Both the position numbers and the translations under genes were made by a program. Positions 40,770-50,450 of a stretch of 64,000 nt of DNA are shown piece by piece. The notes beneath the pieces are model-generated. The model did no database searches and was not told the origin of the DNA. It saw nothing but the letters and a program-made list of their open reading frames with translations. The first letter of the stretch is position 1. Each line of letters starts with the position of its first letter. Origin of the DNA: an uncultured delta proteobacterium (GTDB taxonomy: Bacteria > Desulfobacterota > Binatia > UBA9968); the NCBI GenBank assembly GCA_963771465.1, contig CAVYTU010000010.1, forward strand, positions 4,380 to 68,379, given 5' to 3'.

Positions 40770-42344
40770 TTACCGCCCGCGAAACAGATTTTTGAAAAAC
40801 GAGCTGAAGTTTTTTTCGACCGCTTTTGGCAGGGCGGATTCGGCGAGCTTTTCGCTGTTGAGATTTACCGCGGGGTTTTCCACTGGGCCGGTGACTCGGA
40901 GCGGTACGACGACTCTTCCTTGATTATCTTTCAAAAACGCCGCCGCGCGAGCACGGCCAGTGCGTGCTGAGGCTTGCGATGAAAGCGCGGTTTGTAGTGC
41001 GATATTGAGCGTCGGCTGGTCGATGCTCATGGTGCCTTTGCCGTTCACTACCATCTGCGGATTGATCAAATAGAGCCGAGAGAAGTCCACGTAGCCGCCG
41101 CCGATGGTGAATTCCGCCTCCATGGTTTGAAAAGTCGTGGCCTGGCGTCGCTCGTCCTTCGACAGGCCAATCATACCGGTGACGCGCTGAATTTTATTGA
41201 TCAGGTCGACGTTGGTGAGTTCGCCGTCGCGGGCGACGAGTTTGCCGTTGCCTTGCAAACGGCGCGAAACCGCGCCGCCGCCGAGCGGCAATCTGAGGTT
41301 GACCTCGCCGTTAAGCGTTCCTTTGATGGCGCGCTTACCGTGCACTTTGACGTCGCGGAACAGACCGCGTACCTGGGTGACCAGCGCGTTGGACGGGCCG
41401 TTGACGGTCATGATCAAACTCATCGGACCGCTGATCTCGGTGTCGCGCGGCGCGAGGCCGAAGACCGAAAAGATTTGAAAAATCGGTTTGGCATCGACCT
41501 TGTCCGCGGCAAGATTGAGATTGACCCGAGGTGTGGTCGAGAGATTGCTCACGCTACCTTGCACGGGAAAAGTCAGATCTTGAATCTTCAAACGATTGTT
41601 TTTGAGCTCGAGCAACGCCTTTTCTTCCTGGTAGTTGAGCTGGCCTTCCAACACGACCGTTTTTAAGCCGGGATAGGTGAATGCAATGCGAAAGGGGAAC
41701 GGTGCCGTTTCGCTAAATTCTTGGAACGAAAGATCGATGCCTTTGATATTGACCGGCATCAATCCTTTAGTAATGAGATTGAGCTGGCCTTCATTGACGC
41801 GCACTCGGTTTGGCAGAGCGAGAGGCGGCGGCGCTTCCAGCGATTTTACCCCGTCGGTTTTTTTCCGCGGGTCGCGTCGGTTGTTGGCCGGAGTCTTCCC
41901 CCTGTTGCCTATGTCGGAATAATTAAATGAACCATCGGCTTGCTTGAGCAAATTGAAAATCGGTTTTTCCAGCACCAGTTCGGTGACCTCGAAACGACCG
42001 CGCAGCAACGGCAAGAACCTCAGCTTTAGCTGGACTTGCTCTGCCGTGAAGAAAGTATTGTCGGCGAAAGCGACACTATCGGAGACTTTGAGCTTGGACA
42101 TGCGGATCGATGGTGTCGGTAATAGGCTTAGATGAACCTCGCCGACATCGATACGGCGGTTAAGGGCGTCTTCGAGCAGCGGTAAATAGGTGCGTTTGAA
42201 CAAACCGAGATCGATGAATTGCGGCACGATGAGAATCAGCGCCAGCAAGCAGCCGAACACGCCCAGACCGATCCAAGCCGCTTTCTTGATTTTGAAGCGC
42301 CGCGATGGGGCGGCTAACACCGGCGATGATACTGCTTCAGACAT
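40770..42344 (-). CDS. AsmA-family outer-membrane biogenesis protein
   Basis: N-terminal anchor (KKAAWIGLGVFGCLLALILIVPQFID), then RIDVGEVHLSLLPTPSIRMSKLKVSD ... EQVQLKLRFLPLLRGRFEVTELVLEKP, as in AsmA N-termini. Start moved to ATG 42344. Confidence 0.7.
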   Translation of the reverse strand: MSEAVSSPVLAAPSRRFKIKKAAWIGLGVFGCLLALILIVPQFIDLGLFKRTYLPLLEDALNRRIDVGEVHLSLLPTPSIRMSKLKVSDSVAFADNTFFTAEQVQLKLRFLPLLRGRFEVTELVLEKPIFNLLKQADGSFNYSDIGNRGKTPANNRRDPRKKTDGVKSLEAPPPLALPNRVRVNEGQLNLITKGLMPVNIKGIDLSFQEFSETAPFPFRIAFTYPGLKTVVLEGQLNYQEEKALLELKNNRLKIQDLTFPVQGSVSNLSTTPRVNLNLAADKVDAKPIFQIFSVFGLAPRDTEISGPMSLIMTVNGPSNALVTQVRGLFRDVKVHGKRAIKGTLNGEVNLRLPLGGGAVSRRLQGNGKLVARDGELTNVDLINKIQRVTGMIGLSKDERRQATTFQTMEAEFTIGGGYVDFSRLYLINPQMVVNGKGTMSIDQPTLNIALQTALSSQASARTGRARAAAFLKDNQGRVVVPLRVTGPVENPAVNLNSEKLAESALPKAVEKNFSSFFKNLFRGR

Positions 42345-42500
42345 TGTGCCAACCTGGTATCTTGATATTATACGGCATCGTCCGGGGTTTCCATATAACG
42401 AAGGGCGCCGAATGTCGACTCGAAAAAGGTCGGCGACTGCCTCCCGCCCAAAGCGTTTCCAGAGAGCTATTAGTAGCCACGGCATGAACTTTTTGTTAGC

Positions 42501-43496
42501 ATGCCGTCCCTGAAGGGCTTCACCGGCTTGGATATCGCACTGGAAATTCTCCCGCAGGTTTTGCTTGACGGCATCGTTCTCGGCTTCATGTATGCTCTGA
42601 TCGCTTTAGGCTACACGATGGTCTACGGCGTTTTGGAGTTTATTAACTTCGCCCATAGCGAGATTTTTGTTCTTGGCGCGTTCGTCGGCGTTGAGGTTTT
42701 GTTGCTGCTTGAGAGCGCCGGCCAGCTCGCGACGCTGCATCCGGCAGCGATTCTCTTATTGGTGATCGTCACCGGTATGGTCATCAGCGGCTTGGCGGCC
42801 ATGGCGCTCGAACGCATCGCTTACCGGCCGCTGATGGGCGGGCCGAGATTGGTCGCGCTGATCTCGGCGATCGGCGCGTCGTTTTTTCTCCAAGACGGTT
42901 TGCGCCTGTTCGAAAGTTTGTGGCGCAACACGTTCTATCTCAACTATCCGAGCCTGGAGTTTCTCGACAAAAATATCCCGATCACGGCCGCGCTCGTGAT
43001 TCCGGTCAAATCGCTGCTGGTGATCATCACCGCACTGCTCACCTTGATCGGGCTCCACATCTTCGTCAACAAAACCAAAATGGGTACGGCGATTCGCGCC
43101 GTGGCGCAGGACCCCGACACCGCGTCGCTGATGGGTGTGCCGGTCAATCGCGTCATCGCTTTGACTTTTTTCGTCGGCGGCGCGCTGGGCGGCTTGGCCG
43201 GCGTGCTTTTCGGCATTCACTACAGCCTGGTCAATCCCTACAGCGGCTTTGTCCCCGGCATAAAAGCGTTCACCGCCGCGGTGCTCGGCGGCATCGGCAA
43301 CATCCCCGGCGCCATGGTGGGCGGTATGCTGCTCGGTCTGCTCGAAGCGTTCGCGGCGTCTTATCTTTCACTGATGACCGACGGCGCCTTTGGCGCCGAG
43401 TACAAAGATGTCGTCGCATTCTTGGTGCTGATTCTGATTCTGATCTTTCGCCCCAAGGGGCTGCTCGGCGAGACGGTTCGGGAGAGCAAGGCATGA
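42501..43496 (+). CDS. livH: Branched-chain amino acid ABC transporter permease
   Basis: LivH pattern: GLIYALIALGYTMVYGVL-like GFMYALIALGYTMVYGVLEFINFAHSE, plus AFTAAVLGGIGNIPGAMVGG. Confidence 0.9.
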   Translation: MPSLKGFTGLDIALEILPQVLLDGIVLGFMYALIALGYTMVYGVLEFINFAHSEIFVLGAFVGVEVLLLLESAGQLATLHPAAILLLVIVTGMVISGLAAMALERIAYRPLMGGPRLVALISAIGASFFLQDGLRLFESLWRNTFYLNYPSLEFLDKNIPITAALVIPVKSLLVIITALLTLIGLHIFVNKTKMGTAIRAVAQDPDTASLMGVPVNRVIALTFFVGGALGGLAGVLFGIHYSLVNPYSGFVPGIKAFTAAVLGGIGNIPGAMVGGMLLGLLEAFAASYLSLMTDGAFGAEYKDVVAFLVLILILIFRPKGLLGETVRESKA

Positions 43497-44740
43497 GCCA
43501 ACCGTTGGTGATCATCGGTTTTTGCGTTTATGTCGCCGGGAGTTGTCTGCTCGCCTATTTCTTCCCGCAATCGGTATTGGCCTTTTTGTTGGTGGAAGGA
43601 TCGCTGCTGCTGCTCTATTACGCGCCGGCGAGCGACATGGCGAAAACCATTCTCGGTTCGTTGGTGTTGCTGGTGCTGTTGCCGCTGCTCGGCTCGGTGA
43701 ACGCCTATTATCTAGAGATCGCCGTTCAGATCGGCATCTTCATCGCCTTGGCACTGGGCCTCAACATCGTCGTCGGCTTCGTCGGTCTTCTGAATCTCGG
43801 CTTCGTTGCCTTCTTCGCCATTGGCGCCTATCTTTGGGCGGTCTTCGGCTCGCCCCATGCGAATCAATTCATCCCCGGCGGTTTCTTCCCGCTCTCGCCC
43901 AATTGGTTTTTTGTCTTTTTGATTCTCAGCATCGTTGTCGGCGCGTTAACCGGCGCTTTGTTGGGTTTGCCGGTGTTACGTCTGCGCGGCGATTATCTCG
44001 CCATCGTCACCCTCGGTTTTGCCGAAGTAGTGCGCGCGCTGGTGAACAATCTCGATAAGCCGATTAATTTAACCAACGGGCCGCGCGGCATCGCACCGAT
44101 CGGTAAGCCGCCGTTGTTCTTCAAGCCATGGTTGGAATTCTTCGGCCTCGAAATCGCCGACGCGAAGCTTTACTCGCTCTATTTTTATTTTCTCGTGCTG
44201 TTGATTGTCTTTGTGATCATTGTAGTGACGCGGCGCCTGGAGAACTCACGCATCGGCCGGGCCTGGAAAGCGATACGCGAAGACGAGATCGCCGCCGTCG
44301 CCATGGGCGTGCCGGTGGTACGAATGAAACTATTGGGCTTTGCCGTCGGGGCGTCGTTCGCTTGCGCCGTCGGCGTTTTGTTTGCCGCCAAGCAGGTGTT
44401 CATCAATCCCGAGAGTTTTACTTTCATGGAATCCATCGGCGTGCTCGCCATGGTCATCCTCGGTGGCATGGGCTCGATCCCCGGCGCCATCCTGGGCGCC
44501 ACCGGCGTGACGATTCTGAACCTACAACTGCTCAAAGGTTTGTCTTTGTGGCTGAACGGACTGCGCCAATCCGGCGCCGTGCTATCGCTGCCGTTGCTGG
44601 GCGATCTCTCGCTCGCCAACCTGCCGGCACAGTTCGAACCGGCGAAGTACGAGCGCATGGTGTTCGGCTTAATTCTTATTCTCATGATGATCTTTCGCCC
44701 GCAGGGAGTTTTGCCGTCGAAGCAGGAGCGGCAGAAATAG
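43493..44740 (+). CDS. livM: Branched-chain amino acid ABC transporter permease
   Basis: ATGA overlap with livH. LivM blocks: LALGLNIVVGFVGLLNLGFVAFFAIGAY, LRLRGDYLAIVTLGFAEV and GSIPGAILGA. The long listed N-terminal extension (from 42920) is rejected. Confidence 0.9.
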   Translation: MSQPLVIIGFCVYVAGSCLLAYFFPQSVLAFLLVEGSLLLLYYAPASDMAKTILGSLVLLVLLPLLGSVNAYYLEIAVQIGIFIALALGLNIVVGFVGLLNLGFVAFFAIGAYLWAVFGSPHANQFIPGGFFPLSPNWFFVFLILSIVVGALTGALLGLPVLRLRGDYLAIVTLGFAEVVRALVNNLDKPINLTNGPRGIAPIGKPPLFFKPWLEFFGLEIADAKLYSLYFYFLVLLIVFVIIVVTRRLENSRIGRAWKAIREDEIAAVAMGVPVVRMKLLGFAVGASFACAVGVLFAAKQVFINPESFTFMESIGVLAMVILGGMGSIPGAILGATGVTILNLQLLKGLSLWLNGLRQSGAVLSLPLLGDLSLANLPAQFEPAKYERMVFGLILILMMIFRPQGVLPSKQERQK

Positions 44741-44745
44741 AAAAT

Positions 44746-44905
44746 GAAAACTCGAAATTCGAAGCACTAAATCCGAAACAAATTCAAATGACCAAAATAC
44801 ACAATGTTACCAACATTCGCACTACCATTTTGGAATTGCTCGGGTTTTGTCTTATTTGGCGGCGGTTTGTTTCGAATTTCGATATTCGAATTTCGGATTT
44901 AGTTT
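44746..44905. repeat. AT-rich MITE-like element with imperfect terminal inverted repeats, inserted between livM and livG
   Basis: Nested complementary segments: CTCGAAATTCGAAG (44751-64) with TTCGAATTTCG (44885-95), TCCGAAACAAA (44772-82) with TTTGTTTCGAA (44866-76), and CCAAAAT (44792-98) with ATTTTGG (44827-33). The right arm carries a duplicated TTCGAATTTCG. GC is clearly far below the flanks (not counted). Confidence 0.55.
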
Positions 44906-44974
44906 TAGTACGTCTTGGCGCGATAAATGTTCTTGGAGTCATGCGGTTCAATCTTGCAAAAGTAGGTAGCTAAA

Positions 44975-45760
44975 ATGGCATTGCTTGAACTCCGCGATAT
45001 CTCGAAACGCTTCGGCGGGCTGCAGGCGCTGGCGCGCGTGAGCATGGAACTCGAAGAAGGCATGATCGCGTCGCTGATCGGTCCCAACGGCGCCGGTAAG
45101 ACGACGCTGTTCAATACTTTGACCGGACTCTACCAACCAGATGGCGGCGAGATACGTTTTCAAGAGCGGTCGCTTATCGGTATGAAGCCGGACCGGATTA
45201 CCAGCGCCGGCATCAGCCGGACGTTTCAAAACATTCGCTTGTTCTCCCACATGACCGTGCTCGACAACGTGCTGGTCGGCATGCACTCGCGTTTGCACAG
45301 CGGGTTGTCCGATATTTTGCTGGCGTCAAAGGGATTCCACAGCAGCGAAAAGGACGCCCAGCGTAAGGCGATGGCGTTGATCGAGTTGACCGGCCTTGCC
45401 GGCCGCGAGCACGAGTGGGCGCAGCAGCTGTCCTACGGCGAGCAGCGCCGGCTGGAGATCGCCCGCGCGCTGGCGGCGCAGCCGACCCTGTTGCTGCTCG
45501 ATGAGCCGACGGCGGGTATGAGCACGAGCGAAGCGCAGTCGTTGATGACGCTCTTTAAAGCACTGCTCGGTAAATACGTCAAAGCGATTCTCTTGATCGA
45601 GCATAACATGCGCGTCGTGATGGGGATTTCCGATCGTGTTCACGTGCTCGACTACGGCGTGAAAATCGCCGAGGGCTGTCCGGACGAAGTGCGCCAGGAT
45701 GCGCGCGTCATCGAGGCGTATCTGGGCCCAGGATCGTGGCTCGAAAATGCTAAAAGTTAG
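44975..45760 (+). CDS. livG: Branched-chain amino acid ABC transporter ATP-binding protein
   Basis: Walker A GPNGAGKTT, signature LSYGEQRRLEIARAL, Walker B LLLLDEP. Confidence 0.9.
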   Translation: MALLELRDISKRFGGLQALARVSMELEEGMIASLIGPNGAGKTTLFNTLTGLYQPDGGEIRFQERSLIGMKPDRITSAGISRTFQNIRLFSHMTVLDNVLVGMHSRLHSGLSDILLASKGFHSSEKDAQRKAMALIELTGLAGREHEWAQQLSYGEQRRLEIARALAAQPTLLLLDEPTAGMSTSEAQSLMTLFKALLGKYVKAILLIEHNMRVVMGISDRVHVLDYGVKIAEGCPDEVRQDARVIEAYLGPGSWLENAKS

Positions 45761-46448
45761 CGCCATCCACGTTTACTACGGCGCCATCCACGCGCTCAAA
45801 GGAGTGTCTTTCAACGTCGAGCGCGGCGAATTGGTGACGCTCCTCGGCGGCAACGGCGCGGGGAAAACGACCACGCTGAAAACTCTGTCCGGTTTACTGC
45901 GGCCACGATTGGGCTCGGTGCAGCTGGACGGCGCGGCGTTAGAAAAAGTCGCACCCCATGAAATCGTTCGGCGCGGCGTCGCGCACGTGCCTGAAGGCCG
46001 AAAAGTTTTTCCGCGTTTCACGGTACTGGAAAACTTGCAGATCGGCGGTTACGCGCGTTCGAAGCGCGCGCTTGCGCCGGAGCTGGAGTTTGTCTTGCAA
46101 ATGTTTCCACGTCTCAAAGAGCGGCAAAAGCAGTACGCCGGCACGCTCTCCGGCGGCGAGCAGCAGATGCTCGCCATCGGCCGGGCGCTGATGGCAAAAC
46201 CCAAACTGCTCTTGCTCGACGAACCATCCATGGGATTGGCGCCCAAGATCGTCGAGCAGATTCTCGAAAATATTCGCGCCATCAACAAGGCCGGCGTGAC
46301 AGTCTTGCTGGTCGAGCAAAACGCCGCCATGGCGCTGGCGATTTCGCATCGAGGCTATGTCTTGGAAACCGGCGCGGTGATTCTTGAAGGCAAGGCCAGT
46401 GACTTGGCGGGGAATGATTTAGTGCGACAGGCTTACTTGGGCGGGTGA
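45747..46448 (+). CDS. livF: Branched-chain amino acid ABC transporter ATP-binding protein
   Basis: Walker A GGNGAGKTT, signature LSGGEQQMLAIGRAL, Walker B LLLLDEPS. Start at ATG 45747 overlaps the livG end. Confidence 0.9.
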   Translation: MLKVSAIHVYYGAIHALKGVSFNVERGELVTLLGGNGAGKTTTLKTLSGLLRPRLGSVQLDGAALEKVAPHEIVRRGVAHVPEGRKVFPRFTVLENLQIGGYARSKRALAPELEFVLQMFPRLKERQKQYAGTLSGGEQQMLAIGRALMAKPKLLLLDEPSMGLAPKIVEQILENIRAINKAGVTVLLVEQNAAMALAISHRGYVLETGAVILEGKASDLAGNDLVRQAYLGG

Positions 46449-46466
46449 TGGATGGGGAAGAATTGG

Positions 46467-46493
46467 TCGCAAAGAACGTAAAGAGTGCAAAGT
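46467..46493. repeat. 3 x 9-nt tandem motif (RYGYAAAGR), copy 2
   Basis: TCGCAAAGA ACGTAAAGA GTGCAAAGT, 19 nt after the livF stop. About 21 of 25 core positions match 30957-30983. Confidence 0.65.
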
Positions 46494-46598
46494 AGAAATT
46501 TTGGAATGATTGCTACTCGTTCCCTACCATCCGTAGATGAAGGCGGATTATCTTCGTGATCTTTAAACGGTCGCGAATAACGGTTACACTCCAACATC

Positions 46599-47318
46599 GT
46601 GCAATACCAAACTCGACAGATGATCTTCGGCGGCGGTGCGGTGACTCCGGCGGTCAAGTTTTTGCTGATCGTCAACGTCGGGGTGTTTATCCTTCAGACG
46701 GTGATTGGCAACTCGTTAGAACAGCAGCTCACCTTTTACTTCGGCCTGGTGCCGCCGCTGGTTTTGCAGAATCTCTATCTCTGGCAGCTTTTTACTTACC
46801 AGTTTCTGCACGGCGGATTGTTTCATTTGCTCTTCAACATGCTCGCGGTGTGGATGTTTGGCTGCGATCTGGAACGGCGTTGGGGCAGCAATTTTTTTCT
46901 GCGCTATTATTTTATTTCCGCCATCGGCGGCGGTTTTCTGAACACGGTTTTCTTGCCGAGTCAGATGGGGCCGAGCATCGGTGCGTCAGCCGGCGTGTAT
47001 GGATTGCTGCTCGCTTACGGACTGATCTATCCAACCCGGATCGTTTATTTTTATTTTCTCTTTCCGATCAAGATGAAACATTTCGTATGGATCATCGGCG
47101 CCATCGCGTTTTACAATTCGATCACGTCAGGCCAAAGCGGCATCGCCCATTTGGCTCACCTGGGCGGCATGGTGTTCGGGTATCTCTATCTGCGCACCGG
47201 CAATCCGCTGGATAAATTCAAAGACTATCTCGACCGCCGCCGGCTCGATCGCTTAAAGAAACGATTTCAAGTGCTTCCAGGCGGCAAGGACGATGAAGGC
47301 GGACCGACGGTGCATTAG
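46599..47318 (+). CDS. Rhomboid-family intramembrane serine protease
   Basis: Motifs YQFLHGGLFHLLFNM, catalytic GASAGVYGLL and HLAHLGG. Start is GTG 46599, or ATG 21 nt downstream. Confidence 0.85.
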   Translation: MQYQTRQMIFGGGAVTPAVKFLLIVNVGVFILQTVIGNSLEQQLTFYFGLVPPLVLQNLYLWQLFTYQFLHGGLFHLLFNMLAVWMFGCDLERRWGSNFFLRYYFISAIGGGFLNTVFLPSQMGPSIGASAGVYGLLLAYGLIYPTRIVYFYFLFPIKMKHFVWIIGAIAFYNSITSGQSGIAHLAHLGGMVFGYLYLRTGNPLDKFKDYLDRRRLDRLKKRFQVLPGGKDDEGGPTVH

Positions 47319-47348
47319 AGTGCATCTGCCACTGTTGATCCATTTCCC

Positions 47349-48215
47349 TCAAAGTTTCTCCCAAGAGATCAAAAACACACCCAGGATCACCAGCAGCGTG
47401 GCGGCGATTTTTCGCGGGGTGATTTTCTCCACGTCTTTGAGCAGCAACGCGGACAGCGGCAGGATGAAGAGCGACGAGCCGTTGATCAGCGGCGAGACCA
47501 GCGAGACACGTTCCATGCTGAGAGCGGTGTAGGCAAAGGCGTAGGACAGAAAATTCATAAAGCCGGCGGCGGCGAAGAGTGTAATGCCGGTTGACGCTGA
47601 ATCCTTCAACGGTTTTTTCTCCTCAAACAAAAGATAGAGCACTGACATGGTGATTAACGACGTGGTCGCGGCGATGCTCGCGCCGGTCAGCGGCGAGTGG
47701 ATTTTCAGCAAGCCGAAGCGGACCATGTTGTCGCGCGCGGCGAATAGGATGGCGGCAGTAAGAGGAAACAACAGATCGCGGGTGCGCCAAGTTTTCGTCG
47801 CGCCCTTCCAAGTGAGCGCGACGATGCCGCTGACAATCGAGAACGTGCCGAGAATATTCGTCAGGCTTGGCCGTTCGTCCAGGAACGAGACGGCGAAGAT
47901 GGTGGCAAAGAGCGGTGTGCTGTTGGTCAGACACGAAGTAATCGACGCGCCGATGCGTTCCATGCCTTTGAAAATAAAAAAGCGGGCGACGCCGGGTACG
48001 AAGACGCCGACCAGGACAAATATCAAATTGGCGGGGCTCCAGAGATCCATACGTTCGGAAAACGCCAGGACGTAGAGCCAAAGAAACAGCGCGTTGACGC
48101 CGAGGTTGGTTAAAAGCCCGCGAAAGTAGTCGATCGCCCAAACGCCTCGATTGATCAGGACCATGGAAACGGCGAAGCACAAGGAGCCAAAAAGGCCGAG
48201 TAGAATGGCAAGCAT
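47349..48215 (-). CDS. EamA/DMT-family transporter
   Basis: 288 aa, 10 TM, with two EamA-like halves. Confidence 0.8.
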   Translation of the reverse strand: MLAILLGLFGSLCFAVSMVLINRGVWAIDYFRGLLTNLGVNALFLWLYVLAFSERMDLWSPANLIFVLVGVFVPGVARFFIFKGMERIGASITSCLTNSTPLFATIFAVSFLDERPSLTNILGTFSIVSGIVALTWKGATKTWRTRDLLFPLTAAILFAARDNMVRFGLLKIHSPLTGASIAATTSLITMSVLYLLFEEKKPLKDSASTGITLFAAAGFMNFLSYAFAYTALSMERVSLVSPLINGSSLFILPLSALLLKDVEKITPRKIAATLLVILGVFLISWEKL

Positions 48216-48396
48216 GAGGGGTTGCCGCCGAACTTATCCCGAGGCGGCTGCAGGTTCAATTCGCTGAGCTAAAAAGCTTACGCTCCGGCGTCTCGCTCCG
48301 GTCTCCTCGCAGCGATCGCGTTAAGAATTTGCGCTCTCGAACGTCTAACTTAGGTCCAGTGGGCCAATGCTCTGGTGCTCGAATGACGAGGGCAAA

Positions 48397-48837
48397 ATGA
48401 GACAAATTTTATCCGCTGCAGTCATTCTCGCCATTGTGGCGTTTATTGCCGGCGAGCTCCGCGCTGATGGTCGGCAATTCAATTCGCGAACACAAACCAG
48501 TCTTGGGCCGGCGCTGGTCGGCGGACCTGGTGCCATCAGGGCCGGGGAGCGGCGTAATTTTCGTGCCGTTAAGCCAAGCCGTTTTCACTACTACGTTCCG
48601 GGTAATTATTATCAGCCGTACTACCCGCAGGTGATCGTGATTTCGCCGTACGCTCCTACTTACGTGCCGGCGCCGACGGTGGTGGTTACTTCGCCTTTTT
48701 TCTGCGTGCTCCACAATGAAGGCTGGGTGAGCCGAATCGGCTTGCTTGACCATCTATCTGGGATGCACAAAATTCCCCTCGACGCTGCGGCCAATCTGTG
48801 TCCCGACGGCACCAGCTGCATTTTTCCGTCCTATTAG
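48397..48837 (+). CDS. Secreted hypothetical protein (Pro/Tyr-rich middle, Cys-containing C-terminus)
   Basis: Signal peptide MRQILSAAVILAIVAFIAGELRA. No recognisable family. Confidence 0.5.
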   Translation: MRQILSAAVILAIVAFIAGELRADGRQFNSRTQTSLGPALVGGPGAIRAGERRNFRAVKPSRFHYYVPGNYYQPYYPQVIVISPYAPTYVPAPTVVVTSPFFCVLHNEGWVSRIGLLDHLSGMHKIPLDAAANLCPDGTSCIFPSY

Positions 48838-48948
48838 ACTCATACGTCGCCGCTTGCCGTCGCTTGGAGTTTCCAGCGCAGCGGTGCTTTCTAGTTCGTC
48901 GCCGTTCCGATATATTTCTGAGGGTAGCGCTTCAGCGGCGCCGTTTTT

Positions 48949-50346
48949 ATGAATGACCTTGCTCAAAAGCTCGCTGCCGTTATCGACCCCGCACGCATTT
49001 CCGTCGATGCGGCAGGGCTCGACGATTTGTCGTGGGATGCGCTGAGCGAGGGGCGGATTCATCCGCGGCACCGGCCGCCATTAGCCGCGCCGCTCTGCGC
49101 GGTGACGCCGGTTTCTACCGATGAAGTACAGCGAGTGGTGCGCTTTGCCAATGCTGAACGGGTGCCGATCGTGCCCTTTGGCGGCGGCTCGGGTCTGATG
49201 GGTGGCGCGTTGTCGATCCAGCCGAGTATCGTGGTCGATCTGCGCAGCATGAATCGCCTGCTAGAAATTGATACGACCTCGCGCTCGGCGCGCGCGCAGG
49301 CCGGCCTGGTTTTAGAATCGCTGGACAAGGAGCTAAACCAAGCGGGCTACATTTTGGGCCATGATCCCTGGACCGTGCCGGTGGCGACCGTCGGCGGCGC
49401 GATCTCGACCAACAGCGTCGGCTACCGCGCGGGAATTTACGGTTCCATGGGCGAACAGGTTTTGGCATTGACCGCCGTATTGCCCAATGGCGAGATTCTC
49501 AGTACGCGCGCGGTATCGAAACATTCCGCCGGGATTCATCTCAATTCTCTTCTGATCGGCGGCGAAGGATGTTTCGGTATTATCACCGAAGCGACGCTGA
49601 GGATTTTCTCCCAGCCGGAGACACGCTTGATTGGCGGCTATGGCTTCCCTTCGTTCGAGGTCGGATACGCGGCGATCCAAAAAATATTTCAGCAGCGGCT
49701 CCGTCCGGCCATGCTCGACTTCGGCGACGATCAAGAAAAACATGAAGCTGGCGCGATTCTCTATCTCGTTTTTGAAGGAAATGCCGCGCTGGTCACCGTC
49801 GAAGAAAAGTTGGCGGCGGCAATCTGCCTGGAACATGGCGGCACAAATTTGCCCAGCGCAGACGCTGAAGGATTCTGGCATGATCGTCACGAAATCGCTC
49901 GGCGCTTTGCCCAGAACCGCCGCCAGCGGCGCGAGCGTGGACGGGATGGGATTTATCGCGATTGGATTCACGTCGCCTTACCGATCTCCCAGGTGTTACC
50001 TTTCCGCAAAGCCGCACAGGCCGTGATCAAACGTCACGGCGTGCGTTTGCAGGAGAGCGGCTTGTGGGTGCAGCCGGAACTTTTCTCCATGCGTCTGGGC
50101 AGCGAGGACGACGGGACAGCCAATGCCCAGCTCGCTTTGGAAGAAGCGATCGAAGAATTGTTACGTTTGGTGCAGCAGATGGGCGGCTCGATGGAATATA
50201 CCCACGGCGTCGGCGTGAAATTGGCGCCGCTGATGGCCAATGAGCATGGCTATGGTTTGGAAGTCATGCGCCAAATCAAGCGAACGCTGGATCCCAACAA
50301 TATTATGAACCCAGGGAAAATGGGACTTGGATTCAACTCAGCTTGA
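48949..50346 (+). CDS. FAD-binding oxidoreductase (GlcD/D-lactate dehydrogenase-like, PCMH-type FAD domain)
   Basis: VPFGGGSGLMGGA FAD-binding motif, the GEGCFGIITEATLR block, and C-terminal EYTHGVGV...LDPNNIMNPGK. Confidence 0.85.
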   Translation: MNDLAQKLAAVIDPARISVDAAGLDDLSWDALSEGRIHPRHRPPLAAPLCAVTPVSTDEVQRVVRFANAERVPIVPFGGGSGLMGGALSIQPSIVVDLRSMNRLLEIDTTSRSARAQAGLVLESLDKELNQAGYILGHDPWTVPVATVGGAISTNSVGYRAGIYGSMGEQVLALTAVLPNGEILSTRAVSKHSAGIHLNSLLIGGEGCFGIITEATLRIFSQPETRLIGGYGFPSFEVGYAAIQKIFQQRLRPAMLDFGDDQEKHEAGAILYLVFEGNAALVTVEEKLAAAICLEHGGTNLPSADAEGFWHDRHEIARRFAQNRRQRRERGRDGIYRDWIHVALPISQVLPFRKAAQAVIKRHGVRLQESGLWVQPELFSMRLGSEDDGTANAQLALEEAIEELLRLVQQMGGSMEYTHGVGVKLAPLMANEHGYGLEVMRQIKRTLDPNNIMNPGKMGLGFNSA

Positions 50347-50450
50347 GATCGCCTTCGTTGAATTCGGTGCATTGCTTAGCGAACTTTTGAACGTTAGAAT
50401 TTTTGTATCGCTGGCTAATCCTGCTTGCCGCTATCGGTCGCTCGGTGCCT

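Noticed and set aside
42920-43492. Long N-terminal extension of the livM ORF (606 aa as listed)
   Set aside because: The extension overlaps livH in another frame and is Arg/Gly-rich nonsense. A canonical ATGA-coupled start at 43493 gives a normal-size LivM.
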